Below, one piece after another: positions 31,254-40,468 of a stretch of 64,000 bases of DNA; the first letter of the stretch is position 1, and every line of letters starts with the position of its first letter. The notes under the pieces are model-generated. The model saw nothing but the letters and a program-made list of their open reading frames with translations. It searched no databases and was not told the DNA's origin. The stretch lies in the IMG/VR virus record IMGVR_UViG_3300043781_000019; one strand, written 5' to 3'. A program made the position numbers and the translations under genes. Origin of the DNA: an uncultured virus (IMG/VR IMGVR_UViG_3300043781_000019) (lineage: Duplodnaviria > Heunggongvirae > Uroviricota > Caudoviricetes > Herelleviridae).

Positions 31254-32610
31254 GTGAACTACTCGTCACTAAAGTGGCAAGCTTCTAGGAACACTGCATA
31301 CTTATACAGAAAGCCTAAACTTACTGTAAAGAGGTTACAGCTATTTTACTAAGGGCTGTTCCAGCCCATCTTAGTCTTTTAAGCATTTAAGATATTCTTT
31401 GCAGCGTTAATATCCCTGTCGTGGTGAACACCACAACGTGGACATATCCACTCTCTAATATCTAAGGTATGCTTACCATCATCATAGCCACAACTAGAAC
31501 ATATCTGTGAAGTTTTTCTAGGGTTTACAGTGACTAACTGTTTACCATACCATGCACATTTATATTCTAGCTGTCTCCTAATCTCTCTCCAACTTGCGTT
31601 AGTTATTGCTCTAGACAGCTTATGATTCTTAAGAAGATTTTTGGTTTTCAAATCTTCTATTTTGATTATATCATACTGTTCTATCAGTTGTCTAGTAAGT
31701 AAGTGCAAGTAGTTACTTCTTTGATTAGCTATCTTCTCACTGTACTTAGCAACCATAGCTTTTGCTTTCTGGTAGTTCTTGAAATCATTTAGATCTCTAG
31801 GCTCTAGTACCTTATTATGCTTATCCCAAGCTATTTCTGCTTGTGCTTGTAATCGTCTACGTGCCAATCTTTTCTCCCAGTAATGTTTCTTCTTGGCTAG
31901 GATCTTGTCGAACCTGATTGTTGGGTATTTAATACCATCACTGGTAATCATCAAATCAGCTAAACCCATGTCAATACCTACTTGCTTATTAGTCTTGCTT
32001 AGTGCTTGGTTTTCACACTCTGCAATCAGTACAAGATAGTATTTACCAGTATGTGTAAGTTTAATTGTTCCTAGCTTAATCTTGCTAATTTCTTCTAGCT
32101 TTTTGCTGCTCCCTTTAAACTTCATGTACCCAAGCTTAGGAAACTTAACTTTGCTATCCTTTAGCTTAATCATATAATTTGTTTGATAACTTTGCTTGGG
32201 GTACTTCTTAGCTTTAAACTTAGGAAATCCCTTATTAGTCTTAAAGAAATCCTTGTAAGCATCAACTAGATTTTTACAAGTTATCTGTAAACTATGACTC
32301 TCTGCTTCCTTAAGCCAATGATATTTTAGCTTCATTGCAGGTAATAACTTATCTAAAGTAAAGGCACTTGGAAAAGGTAACTTGGGATTATTAGCATATC
32401 TCTCCTGTAGCATACCCAGCATCTGGTTCCAAACAAATCGGTTGTAACCAAAGTTAAGCTTAATACTTGCTTGCTGTTCTTTGCTAGGGTATATTCTTAG
32501 CTTAATACCCTTCAATACCATATTTATCACCTTTATATCCTGTATCAAAATCTGCAAAGCAAAGAGGATTCATCTTGTCACTAAAGTAACTAGTTTTCTC
32601 AACTAGTTCC
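31254..32610 (-). mobile_element. IS200/IS605-family solo-TnpB element (IS1341-like)
   Basis: TTGAT directly 5' of left end; similar subterminal hairpins (gttactttagtgac, gccactttagtgac); right end ...GAGTAGTTCAC; no tnpA. Confidence 0.85.
31379..32521 (-). CDS. tnpB: TnpB RNA-guided endonuclease
   Basis: KLRIYP N-terminus; RuvC GIDMG, IEDL, DRDINAA intact; CSSCG/CPRCG zinc finger; likely start 32521. Confidence 0.95.
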   Translation of the reverse strand: MVLKGIKLRIYPSKEQQASIKLNFGYNRFVWNQMLGMLQERYANNPKLPFPSAFTLDKLLPAMKLKYHWLKEAESHSLQITCKNLVDAYKDFFKTNKGFPKFKAKKYPKQSYQTNYMIKLKDSKVKFPKLGYMKFKGSSKKLEEISKIKLGTIKLTHTGKYYLVLIAECENQALSKTNKQVGIDMGLADLMITSDGIKYPTIRFDKILAKKKHYWEKRLARRRLQAQAEIAWDKHNKVLEPRDLNDFKNYQKAKAMVAKYSEKIANQRSNYLHLLTRQLIEQYDIIKIEDLKTKNLLKNHKLSRAITNASWREIRRQLEYKCAWYGKQLVTVNPRKTSQICSSCGYDDGKHTLDIREWICPRCGVHHDRDINAAKNILNA

Positions 32611-32616
32611 ATCAAG

Positions 32617-32790
32617 TTAGTCAATTTTATTTAGTGCATACTTTGCCATAAGGTGACTTGCAAAGCTACTAGCAGTTACCTTATTAGGGTTCCATTCCTG
32701 AATATCTTTATTTAGTAACCTTAACACACTACTAACATCAATGCAACCTAATTTTTGCAACTCATCTTTAACCTGTTCTTGCTTACTCAT
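32617..32790 (-). CDS. Small hypothetical protein
   Basis: AGGAGG RBS before MSKQ; late motif upstream. Confidence 0.6.
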   Translation of the reverse strand: MSKQEQVKDELQKLGCIDVSSVLRLLNKDIQEWNPNKVTASSFASHLMAKYALNKID

Positions 32791-32837
32791 TGTTCCCCTC
32801 CTAGGCATGTATAATATAGACTTAGGAGGTAGGATGT

Positions 32838-34079
32838 CTAATAGATATAATGAACAGAGTCAACCATGTTTTCTGAATACTCAACTAGTTCAAATGTCTT
32901 TCTAGAGATAGCACCAATATCCTTACTCCATTGGTCAAGCTCATTTGGCTTTAACGTAGAGATCTGACGCTGGAAAATACCACCTAAATCTTTATCTAAT
33001 TCTGTATGTAAATGACCTGAAAATAATTCCCTATTTGTTGATTGTGCCCAAAGTTCTGGGAACTTGCTTGCATAAATAGACACAAAGTTCTTTTTACCCT
33101 TGTCCCCATGTGTAATGCCAATCATATTGTGACCAACATGTGTTGCCTTATAATGCTCATAAAGATCAATATCCCACTTAATGTCAGCATTAGCATACTC
33201 TTGCTTAAGAATGCGAACAAGCATGTAAGACAAAGTATAATCATGGTTCCCTGGCACACTAATGAACTCTACTTTAGTCCCTTGGTCTAAGCACCAACCA
33301 ATAAGTGTTTCAAAATACTTAAGGGCTTCATCAATCATCTTGTTTACCTTAGTTGTTTCAAGAATAGTCCCCTTAGTTGTTGTTGAATTAACCGTATCAA
33401 CATGAACAGCATCGCCACCCTGAATAATAACAATCTTCTTATATGGATGACCTAAAATGACTTTCTTCTGCATTTCAAGAGCATGTTCATAAAATGGCAA
33501 AGTTTCCCCATTAAAATGTGTATCAAACACTGGGACAACTAAGTAGTTATAGGCGCATGAAGGATCAATGTTCTTATCCTTAAGTAACTCAAATGGCTTA
33601 ACGTGGGATTCAAGGGCATCTGACAAGCTCTTATAGTCAATAGGGTTATGCTCAGCGGTAACATTCGTTGAGTAATTCCACATTCTTCCTTGCTTAGTTG
33701 TTACAACAGACCACTGACCCCCACGAATCTTTGTGATATGGTAATCTTCTGGGTGGGCAATACCAGCAATTCTTAAAAGTTCTTCGTCTGAGAACTCACG
33801 TTGTTCCCTAAAGTTTTGGTTGATATTAGCCATAACATGATCATTAGAGAAAGTCAAATTTTCTGAATGGTCGTCATTTTTAGGCTCGCCATTAGTCCTA
33901 AAACCAGCACGGTTAACCTTAATTCTAACAGCCTCATGTGACACATTTAATCCATATTTTTTGTTGATTACATCAGCAGCCTCTGCTGTTGTTTTACCTT
34001 GTGATAATAAGTTAAGCGCCTCATTAAGACGTTCTTTTGTCCAAATTTTTGACAAACTTTTCCCTGCTTTCTGTGGCAA
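32838..34079 (-). CDS. HTH plus calcineurin-like metallophosphoesterase
   Basis: DTH, GD..H.D, GNHD, HGD, GHLH motifs. Confidence 0.75.
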   Translation of the reverse strand: MPQKAGKSLSKIWTKERLNEALNLLSQGKTTAEAADVINKKYGLNVSHEAVRIKVNRAGFRTNGEPKNDDHSENLTFSNDHVMANINQNFREQREFSDEELLRIAGIAHPEDYHITKIRGGQWSVVTTKQGRMWNYSTNVTAEHNPIDYKSLSDALESHVKPFELLKDKNIDPSCAYNYLVVPVFDTHFNGETLPFYEHALEMQKKVILGHPYKKIVIIQGGDAVHVDTVNSTTTKGTILETTKVNKMIDEALKYFETLIGWCLDQGTKVEFISVPGNHDYTLSYMLVRILKQEYANADIKWDIDLYEHYKATHVGHNMIGITHGDKGKKNFVSIYASKFPELWAQSTNRELFSGHLHTELDKDLGGIFQRQISTLKPNELDQWSKDIGAISRKTFELVEYSENMVDSVHYIY

Positions 34080-34099
34080 ACTAACTTAATTATACCACA

Positions 34100-34702
34100 T
34101 TATTCCCACTGATGACGTTTCTTCTTCGTCTTCCAGCCTGCTGAGTTACGATGAGCGACTCCATCCCAATCAAGCACCTTTGCATATTTCTTACGCCAGC
34201 TTGTGTATCTACTATTATGCCTCATTCTATAGTCTTCACTGTTAGCCTTGCTGTAAAAAGTAAGTAGTCTTTTGTACTTAATGCCTGAATTTGTCCAAGC
34301 AGTGTGACTCTTATGGTACATAGGCCTTCTGCTACTATAGCTAGGAACCGTATAGTCATTTAAAAAGATGCTGATAATATCTTTAACAGTAAGTTTATAA
34401 TCTATCTGATACTTATAATCTGGACGCTTTGACCTCTTCAAGGCATAAACAGCAGGTATGGCTACGTAGCTAATCCAGCATTTTAATTTACTGGCGTCAT
34501 CTGTGTATTTTAATTTAACATCATGTGTTGTTTCATCTGTTTCATAATAGCCATATACAGGGGTACTTAACTGACTATTATCAGGAAGCATTGCGACACT
34601 ACGAATAGACCCTCTTCCTAATACCCAAAGCGCCTCATACCAATACATAATCTTAGAGTTTATATAATAAACGCCAAATTGCTTAGTGGCATACAAGGTC
34701 AT
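34100..34702 (-). CDS. Hypothetical basic protein
   Basis: ORF with RBS. Confidence 0.5.
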   Translation of the reverse strand: MTLYATKQFGVYYINSKIMYWYEALWVLGRGSIRSVAMLPDNSQLSTPVYGYYETDETTHDVKLKYTDDASKLKCWISYVAIPAVYALKRSKRPDYKYQIDYKLTVKDIISIFLNDYTVPSYSSRRPMYHKSHTAWTNSGIKYKRLLTFYSKANSEDYRMRHNSRYTSWRKKYAKVLDWDGVAHRNSAGWKTKKKRHQWE

Positions 34703-34727
34703 TCCCCCTTTTTAACATAAGATCGTT

Positions 34728-35063
34728 TTATGCTATCCTTTTAGGATTATAGCGAACAAGTCTATCCATGTCATATGAATAGTCAAAATTATAATACGTA
34801 CTTGTTGGCTTAAGAAACTTTAATCTAAACTCTTTAAAGAATCCATACTTTACTTTAGTAGCATACCTTAAATCAGCCGTATAGTTATATTCTTGTGTAA
34901 CTTTTTGTACAAACTCATTTCCTGGATCATATGCTAAAACATAGATGTGATTTGTATGATCATTCCTGAATAAATAAAGAACCTCCTTAAACTTGCTAAT
35001 AGGAGTTTGTTTATAGTATCTGCTTTTATAAACTTTAACCGGTGCTCTCTTTGGCTTTTTCAT
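34728..35063 (-). CDS. Hypothetical protein
   Basis: ORF with GAGGA RBS. Confidence 0.5.
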   Translation of the reverse strand: MKKPKRAPVKVYKSRYYKQTPISKFKEVLYLFRNDHTNHIYVLAYDPGNEFVQKVTQEYNYTADLRYATKVKYGFFKEFRLKFLKPTSTYYNFDYSYDMDRLVRYNPKRIA

Positions 35064-35097
35064 TAATATTCCTCTTTCCTTGCCTTAAAAATGATTC

Positions 35098-35688
35098 CTA
35101 ATTGAATCCGTTAACTTCTCTCAGCTTATCTTGATAAGCATCTACTAAGTGATTTAAGATCCTCATATATTCAGTGGATCCCATAACATCCTGATAAGGA
35201 ATTTCTATTTCTGTATAACCGTTCTTTTTAGCAAAACTTCTTTTAACGTTGTCACGATATTTCTGATATTCTATATCTTCATCAGTTTTATTAAAGTCAT
35301 CTGTTTTTTCATAATGTTGTTTACCCTGAACTTCAATAACGGTCTTGATTAAAGGAATCTCAAAGTCATAGGGAAGACGATTACCTGTCTTAGGGTTAAT
35401 ACAATTAAGTTCTCCCTTTTCCTGATTAGTAAATTTAATATGATTATCCTTTAAGAACTGGTAAACCTTTAACTCTGAAAAAGAACCCATATTGTTGTCT
35501 TTAATAATCTTCTCATTTTTCTTAAAAATCTCTTTCTTGTGCTTTTCTTGATTGCTTTCATGAGGCATTACTTCACCGTGACGCCCCTTATACTTGTAAG
35601 AATCTGAATAATTATGTGCTAAGTCATACTTGTCAAACATTTTGTTATAGCTAAACTTTTTACCATGTTTATTTTTATGCTTTTTCAT
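35098..35688 (-). CDS. Free-standing Vsr-like endonuclease
   Basis: SFSE...LPYDF...IEVQGKQH...D..K motifs; own TTGACT-17-TATGGT promoter. Confidence 0.7.
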   Translation of the reverse strand: MKKHKNKHGKKFSYNKMFDKYDLAHNYSDSYKYKGRHGEVMPHESNQEKHKKEIFKKNEKIIKDNNMGSFSELKVYQFLKDNHIKFTNQEKGELNCINPKTGNRLPYDFEIPLIKTVIEVQGKQHYEKTDDFNKTDEDIEYQKYRDNVKRSFAKKNGYTEIEIPYQDVMGSTEYMRILNHLVDAYQDKLREVNGFN

Positions 35689-36019
35689 AGTACAATCTCC
35701 TTATCCTGTTATGCGGTATAACCATAGCACAATGAATATAAAAAGTCAATAGTAAATTTAAATATACCAAAAAGTAATGTTTATTAAGTTATTAATCCTT
35801 AACCTTATTTTGTTCATGATTTGTAAACATTGGTAACTTTTTAAACCTTTAAATAAAGTAAATACTCCTTTCTTATAATCCCTAAGTGTGCCCCTTAGTG
35901 CTCTTATTACCCCGAGTACCCTTAGGGCATTTAGGTAGTATTCTAGCCTTATCTAAAGGTTTAAATCTTTTTGCTTTTGGTCTTGCTTTTTCAGCTTTAG
36001 CTGATAGCCTTATAGGAAA

Positions 36020-36598
36020 TTTAGAGCTGCTTGAGAGAGTTAGCCCCTTAGGAGACACACAAAAAATATGTGTCTCTTAAAGGGCTTACTCAAGACAGCA
36101 CAATGAGGGTTCCCCGTCACAGTCTCGCCCTGTTAGTAATAGACTTTCGTCTAACATACCCTTATGCACAGTAGTGCCCATGCATTAGCTATACGGTGTA
36201 TAACTTCGAGTACGCGCCGATTCCCGTAAGAATCCACTACGTCCACCTGACCTTTATAGTAGTCACCACTCATCCAATGAACCAACAGGGAAGCCATTGG
36301 AGCTTCTTCATACAGCTACAACATGTGTAGCCCTCGTGTACGTCCCCGGCAAGAAGTAAGCGGGGTCAATGCAATAAGCATTTTCCATTTAATCTATAAA
36401 GTGTCTTTTGAATGCGATTAACTATTCAGTACCACTCTAAACTCAGCAGGCTGGATGTCCACCCTATATCTTTTACTCGTCTAGTATGCCTTTACCAGAT
36501 AACCCAACTCACGAAGAGGTATCGGTTATAAAAGATTTATATTCAGTTGTATGCGTATTGCTTCGCCAAGCACGCCATTCCGCGGTTTATTTGTAATA
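36020..36598 (-). ncRNA. Candidate long structured non-coding RNA
   Basis: TTGACT-16-TATACT extended -10 promoter at 36633-36606; hairpin-dense, GC-richer, no long ORF. Confidence 0.5.
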
Positions 36599-36725
36599 CT
36601 TAATTAGTATACCACACTTTTTTGCTAAGTCAAACTTTTTGCTAGTGTGTGGTTCAATAGCCCTTGCTTTTTGACTAGTTACAGTATAGCACACTTTTGT
36701 GACAAAATAAAAGTTGTGCTAGCTG

Positions 36726-36755
36726 TTGACAATTTAGGCAATACTGTGCTATTAT
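36726..36755 (+). promoter_or_regulatory. Sigma-A-type early promoter
   Basis: TTGACA-18-TATTAT with TG; similar promoters near 43876, 48248, 49486, 49796, 49904, 59833. Confidence 0.65.
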
Positions 36756-36778
36756 AAATTAATAAAGGAGAACTCGGT

Positions 36779-37531
36779 ATGAGCAAATACTATGCAGTTT
36801 CTAGAGGACGTAGGCCGGGCATATATGATTCTTGGGAAGATGCTAAGAAGCAAGTTGACCATTACCCTAAGCCAATCTACAAGAGCTTTAAAAGTGAGAA
36901 TGAAGCCATTAATTGGAAGAATGAAGCAGATCGTCTGGGAAAATATCCTAAAAGTGCTGCTAACCCGTCAAATGGTAATATTAGCCTATTTAAGAGGTCA
37001 GAAACAAAGCTTGGTAAAGCGCAAAGGGAACATCAAGAAGAGGCTGACAACGCCCCTGATGGCTATATAAAGATATTCACGGATGGGGGTAGTCGAAATA
37101 GCGGCTATTCTTTAGGTGGACATTTAGGAATCAACGATTTGGCTGCTTGGGCATTTGAAGTTGTCTATCCAGATGGGACAAATTATCATGACTCTGGGGC
37201 CGAATTAGGAAAAACAAATCAACAAATGGAACTTGAATCCTTTGCAAGAGCTTGTGAGTTTGTCATTAACCAGCACATTAAGACGCCTATTATGTTCATT
37301 TTGGATTCTCGATATGTGCTTAACCCTCTGCAAGTTGGTGATCTTAAAAAGTGGGCTAATAATGGGTGGATAGAAGAGCGTGCTAATAAGGAATATTGGC
37401 AGCGAATATGGAAAGCTTATAGCCATATAGACCAGAAGGTCTACCTTAAATGGGTAAAGGGGCACAGTACGACAAAAGGCAACAATGACGTTGACAGGTT
37501 AGCGAATGAAGCTATGGATTCTATAAAGTGA
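36779..37531 (+). CDS. rnhA: Ribonuclease HI with N-terminal hybrid-binding domain
   Basis: YYAVSRGRRPGIY; FTDGG, TNQQMELE, DSRYV, WVKGH, DRLA. Confidence 0.92.
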   Translation: MSKYYAVSRGRRPGIYDSWEDAKKQVDHYPKPIYKSFKSENEAINWKNEADRLGKYPKSAANPSNGNISLFKRSETKLGKAQREHQEEADNAPDGYIKIFTDGGSRNSGYSLGGHLGINDLAAWAFEVVYPDGTNYHDSGAELGKTNQQMELESFARACEFVINQHIKTPIMFILDSRYVLNPLQVGDLKKWANNGWIEERANKEYWQRIWKAYSHIDQKVYLKWVKGHSTTKGNNDVDRLANEAMDSIK

Positions 37532-37555
37532 TATAATGGAGCAAGGAGGAAACTA

Positions 37556-37813
37556 ATGAGCAAGAGTTACTATGTGATTGGTGATGCAGAGAAGAGCAAG
37601 ACTTGGTTTATCACTAAGGCAGATAAAACTGGTATTGCTGCTAATACGACAGGAATTAGTAAGGCTTTAAAGTTTTACAAAAAGTATGAAGCAGACCAAG
37701 TATTCTCAGCATTAGTTATTAATACTAAGCTTCAACCAGTTATGATCTATAAGCTTACAGATGGAAAAAACCCAGAGGTAGTTACACGATTTCCAATTGT
37801 GGGAGGAAAATAA
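37556..37813 (+). CDS. Hypothetical protein
   Basis: AAGGAGG RBS. Confidence 0.55.
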   Translation: MSKSYYVIGDAEKSKTWFITKADKTGIAANTTGISKALKFYKKYEADQVFSALVINTKLQPVMIYKLTDGKNPEVVTRFPIVGGK

Positions 37814-38397
37814 TGTTAGATTTAGATAAGTTAATTGAAAAAAAGGCAAAACAGTATGTTGCTAAAGATATTTCAAACACTATTGGTGAGCATGTTTACC
37901 TAAATCATCTTAAGGTAGTAAAAAACGAAGATGATGTTATGCATAGCACGCTATTGTTAGAATACACTTATGACGATGATGTTATTGTTTACTTAGTTAG
38001 AGCTATTCCAAACACTAGTTGCATTCATTTTATTGTATCTCCTTTAGTTGAGGATGACCGAAAAGTGATTGTTTATAACCCCGAAATTGCAGATGGTGGT
38101 GTTGTACCAACTAAGCCAGACCTACAGCAGGATCAAAAAGAGTTTACAGTTCCTGCTCCAACATGCATAAATGCTAGTGATTTTGTAAAGGAAAAGGTAG
38201 CTTCTTTAAAAGATTCTAATTACCAGAGGTTAATTAGGGAAAACAATGAATTAAAGAAGAAGTTAGAAAAGGCTGATAGTTATGGTTGGGAAGATTTACG
38301 TGACTTTCTAGAACTCCCAAGATTTAGCAAGGCTGAAAAGGGGCTTAAAAAGGTGCTTAATAATTGGATTGATTATGAAAACAATGACAGGCAGTAG
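37813..38397 (+). CDS. Hypothetical protein
   Basis: GGAGG RBS, coupled. Confidence 0.55.
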   Translation: MLDLDKLIEKKAKQYVAKDISNTIGEHVYLNHLKVVKNEDDVMHSTLLLEYTYDDDVIVYLVRAIPNTSCIHFIVSPLVEDDRKVIVYNPEIADGGVVPTKPDLQQDQKEFTVPAPTCINASDFVKEKVASLKDSNYQRLIRENNELKKKLEKADSYGWEDLRDFLELPRFSKAEKGLKKVLNNWIDYENNDRQ

Positions 38398-38415
38398 AAG
38401 AGAGAGATAATAATA

Positions 38416-38814
38416 ATGGTTGATAAGGACGAGCTAGACATAGCTAAAGATGTTTACAATAAGACGTTAAAAGGAGAACAGCAGTTTTACCTAGGAAACT
38501 TTAACAAAGAAAAAAGCGATATATGGAATGATGGGTGGCAACAAGGAATTGCTTTTGTTACAGGAATTGTTTCTTCAATGATCAATCATCCATATGGCTA
38601 TGACGATATTAATGATTTAAATTTGGCTATTATTAATGAACTTAACTGGGAACAAACTAATAGTAGCCTTGAAGAATACCCAGTTTCTGACGACACTATT
38701 GCCAATAGTCAATATTATGATGGGTTTTTATTGGCAATAAATACGGAAATCGGTATTCTTAAGCAAGCAATGTCTGAATTCTTTGATTATGAGGGTGTTA
38801 GTGAGGTTAATTAA
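38416..38814 (+). CDS. Hypothetical protein
   Basis: ORF in operon. Confidence 0.5.
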   Translation: MVDKDELDIAKDVYNKTLKGEQQFYLGNFNKEKSDIWNDGWQQGIAFVTGIVSSMINHPYGYDDINDLNLAIINELNWEQTNSSLEEYPVSDDTIANSQYYDGFLLAINTEIGILKQAMSEFFDYEGVSEVN

Positions 38815-38819
38815 TAATA

Positions 38820-39086
38820 TTGAAATATAAGAAGAAGCCAGTTGTTATTGAAGCTGTTAATTTTTATGGGTTCACAGACCCAATGTTTTCTGAACGTCCA
38901 GCATGGCTAGAAGAAGCATTTAAAAACGATATTGTTTTTATAAAAGAGTATAATGGAAAACTAGGTATTAATACTTTGGAAGGTCCAATGGAAGCATCAG
39001 AGGGCGATTATATTGTTAAGGGTGTTGATGGAGAACTTTACGCATGTAAGCCTGATATTTTTAAAAGAACTTATCAGAAGGCATAA
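38820..39086 (+). CDS. Common small phage protein (KKPVVIEA...GDYIVKG family)
   Basis: Recognisable motif pattern. Confidence 0.65.
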   Translation: MKYKKKPVVIEAVNFYGFTDPMFSERPAWLEEAFKNDIVFIKEYNGKLGINTLEGPMEASEGDYIVKGVDGELYACKPDIFKRTYQKA

Positions 39087-39104
39087 AGAAAGAGAAGGAT
39101 AAAC

Positions 39105-39605
39105 ATGAAATATGTAAATAAGTTTGATAAAAAGGATGTAATAGATGCGGTTAAATATCAAGGGTTTTACGGGGGAGGCTATGACTATTTTGATGAACGA
39201 CCCAATTGGCTGGTGAAATACATATATAAGAATAAAAGTGTACGGTTTTTTGATAAATATAACGTGCTAAATATTGGTGACCGTGATTCCCCTATATATG
39301 TATACCCAGGAGATTATATCGTTAAAGGCAAAGAAGGTCCAGAGGCTTTTAATGCCGCTGATATGCTATACTATTTACCATATTCAGATGAAGAAGAAAG
39401 TGACATTAAGGAGAAAGATAACATGGTATTAATTGTGTTTACAAATAATGGACAGACTTATGAATTTAATAATGTAGAGGACTTTAAGCCCACTACAAAA
39501 GGGTTTAGCTTTACTTATGTAGGCAAAGCTACAGGGGTTAAACGAGCAGCCTGCTTTAATAATACGAGTACCACTGGGTATGCATTAGCTAGTGAAAATA
39601 AATAG
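39105..39605 (+). CDS. Paralog of previous gene with a fused second domain
   Basis: ERPNWL...PGDYIVKG; internal RBS and in-frame ATG at 39423. Confidence 0.55.
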   Translation: MKYVNKFDKKDVIDAVKYQGFYGGGYDYFDERPNWLVKYIYKNKSVRFFDKYNVLNIGDRDSPIYVYPGDYIVKGKEGPEAFNAADMLYYLPYSDEEESDIKEKDNMVLIVFTNNGQTYEFNNVEDFKPTTKGFSFTYVGKATGVKRAACFNNTSTTGYALASENK

Positions 39606-39618
39606 GGAGTTACAATAA

Positions 39619-39975
39619 ATGGTTAAAAGAAATGACGTTAGGCCTTGGCAAGCAGCCTTGCAAAATAGTGACAATACCTATGTAGTACCTTCTAGAACTT
39701 TAACCGACAGAGAAGATTTTAGGAATCAGTTAAGAAGAGAGTTTTCAGGTGATACTCGTATATTAGATCTTGTTAATGCACCTCAATGGGAATACTCACA
39801 AGATATAATTGATTTTGAATTGCATAACAAGATAAGTCAGCAAAAGGCTGCTGAACTAGGTAAAGTTAATTTTAACACCTTCTTAGAATATGAATCTGGT
39901 TATTTGAATCATTCTATTCAAGACTATAAAGATCTTTTAAATAGGCTAAAAGAAAGTATTAATAAAGTTATTTAA
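39619..39975 (+). CDS. Putative XRE-type HTH protein
   Basis: ISQQKAAEL....F..YESG pattern. Confidence 0.5.
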   Translation: MVKRNDVRPWQAALQNSDNTYVVPSRTLTDREDFRNQLRREFSGDTRILDLVNAPQWEYSQDIIDFELHNKISQQKAAELGKVNFNTFLEYESGYLNHSIQDYKDLLNRLKESINKVI

Positions 39976-40170
39976 TAGACAGTAGTATTAAAACTCCCTA
40001 GGGAGGATGACATGAATCCTTGTAATACAGATTTATTTGGCAACTTGTACATTGTTAATTCCACCAGTGGCAAAAGGTGTTTAATGCCTATTAAGCCAAA
40101 GGATTATATTACATTTGATTATGGAATCTCCTATTTTGTTGAAGGAAATTGTAAGAAAGGAACAAATAAA

Positions 40171-40437
40171 ATGGATAACAATAAGTTTGAGGAGCTTTGT
40201 AAAAAGGCTGTTTCTGACTATACAAACAAGCATATGGATAAAGCTGATGGTACAAGTATTACCCCGGATGATGTTTACCTTGTTTGGCAATGCAAAGCCT
40301 TACAGAATTCTAAGGCACTTGCTAGTACAAATGTAACTGACGGTATGTACTATGAACTTACCTATAATGGTGATAAGCACGAGTTATATGTAGATGCATA
40401 TAAGAAGTTTGATAATAAAGTCATTAGCATTAAATAA
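40171..40437 (+). CDS. DUF6275-like phage protein
   Basis: VYLVW.CK.LQN.KAL...YYELTYNGDK.E.Y.DAYKK; likely start 40171. Confidence 0.65.
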   Translation: MDNNKFEELCKKAVSDYTNKHMDKADGTSITPDDVYLVWQCKALQNSKALASTNVTDGMYYELTYNGDKHELYVDAYKKFDNKVISIK

Positions 40438-40468
40438 AAAATAAATAGTTAAGGGATAGTGAGTTACT

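Noticed and set aside
31379..32521. Nuclease-dead TnpB (TldR) or Cas12f system
   Set aside because: RuvC D-E-D residues are intact, IS ends are present and there is no CRISPR array
35886..36080. 64-aa ORF in the large intergenic region
   Set aside because: No RBS; overlaps a long hairpin; likely spurious
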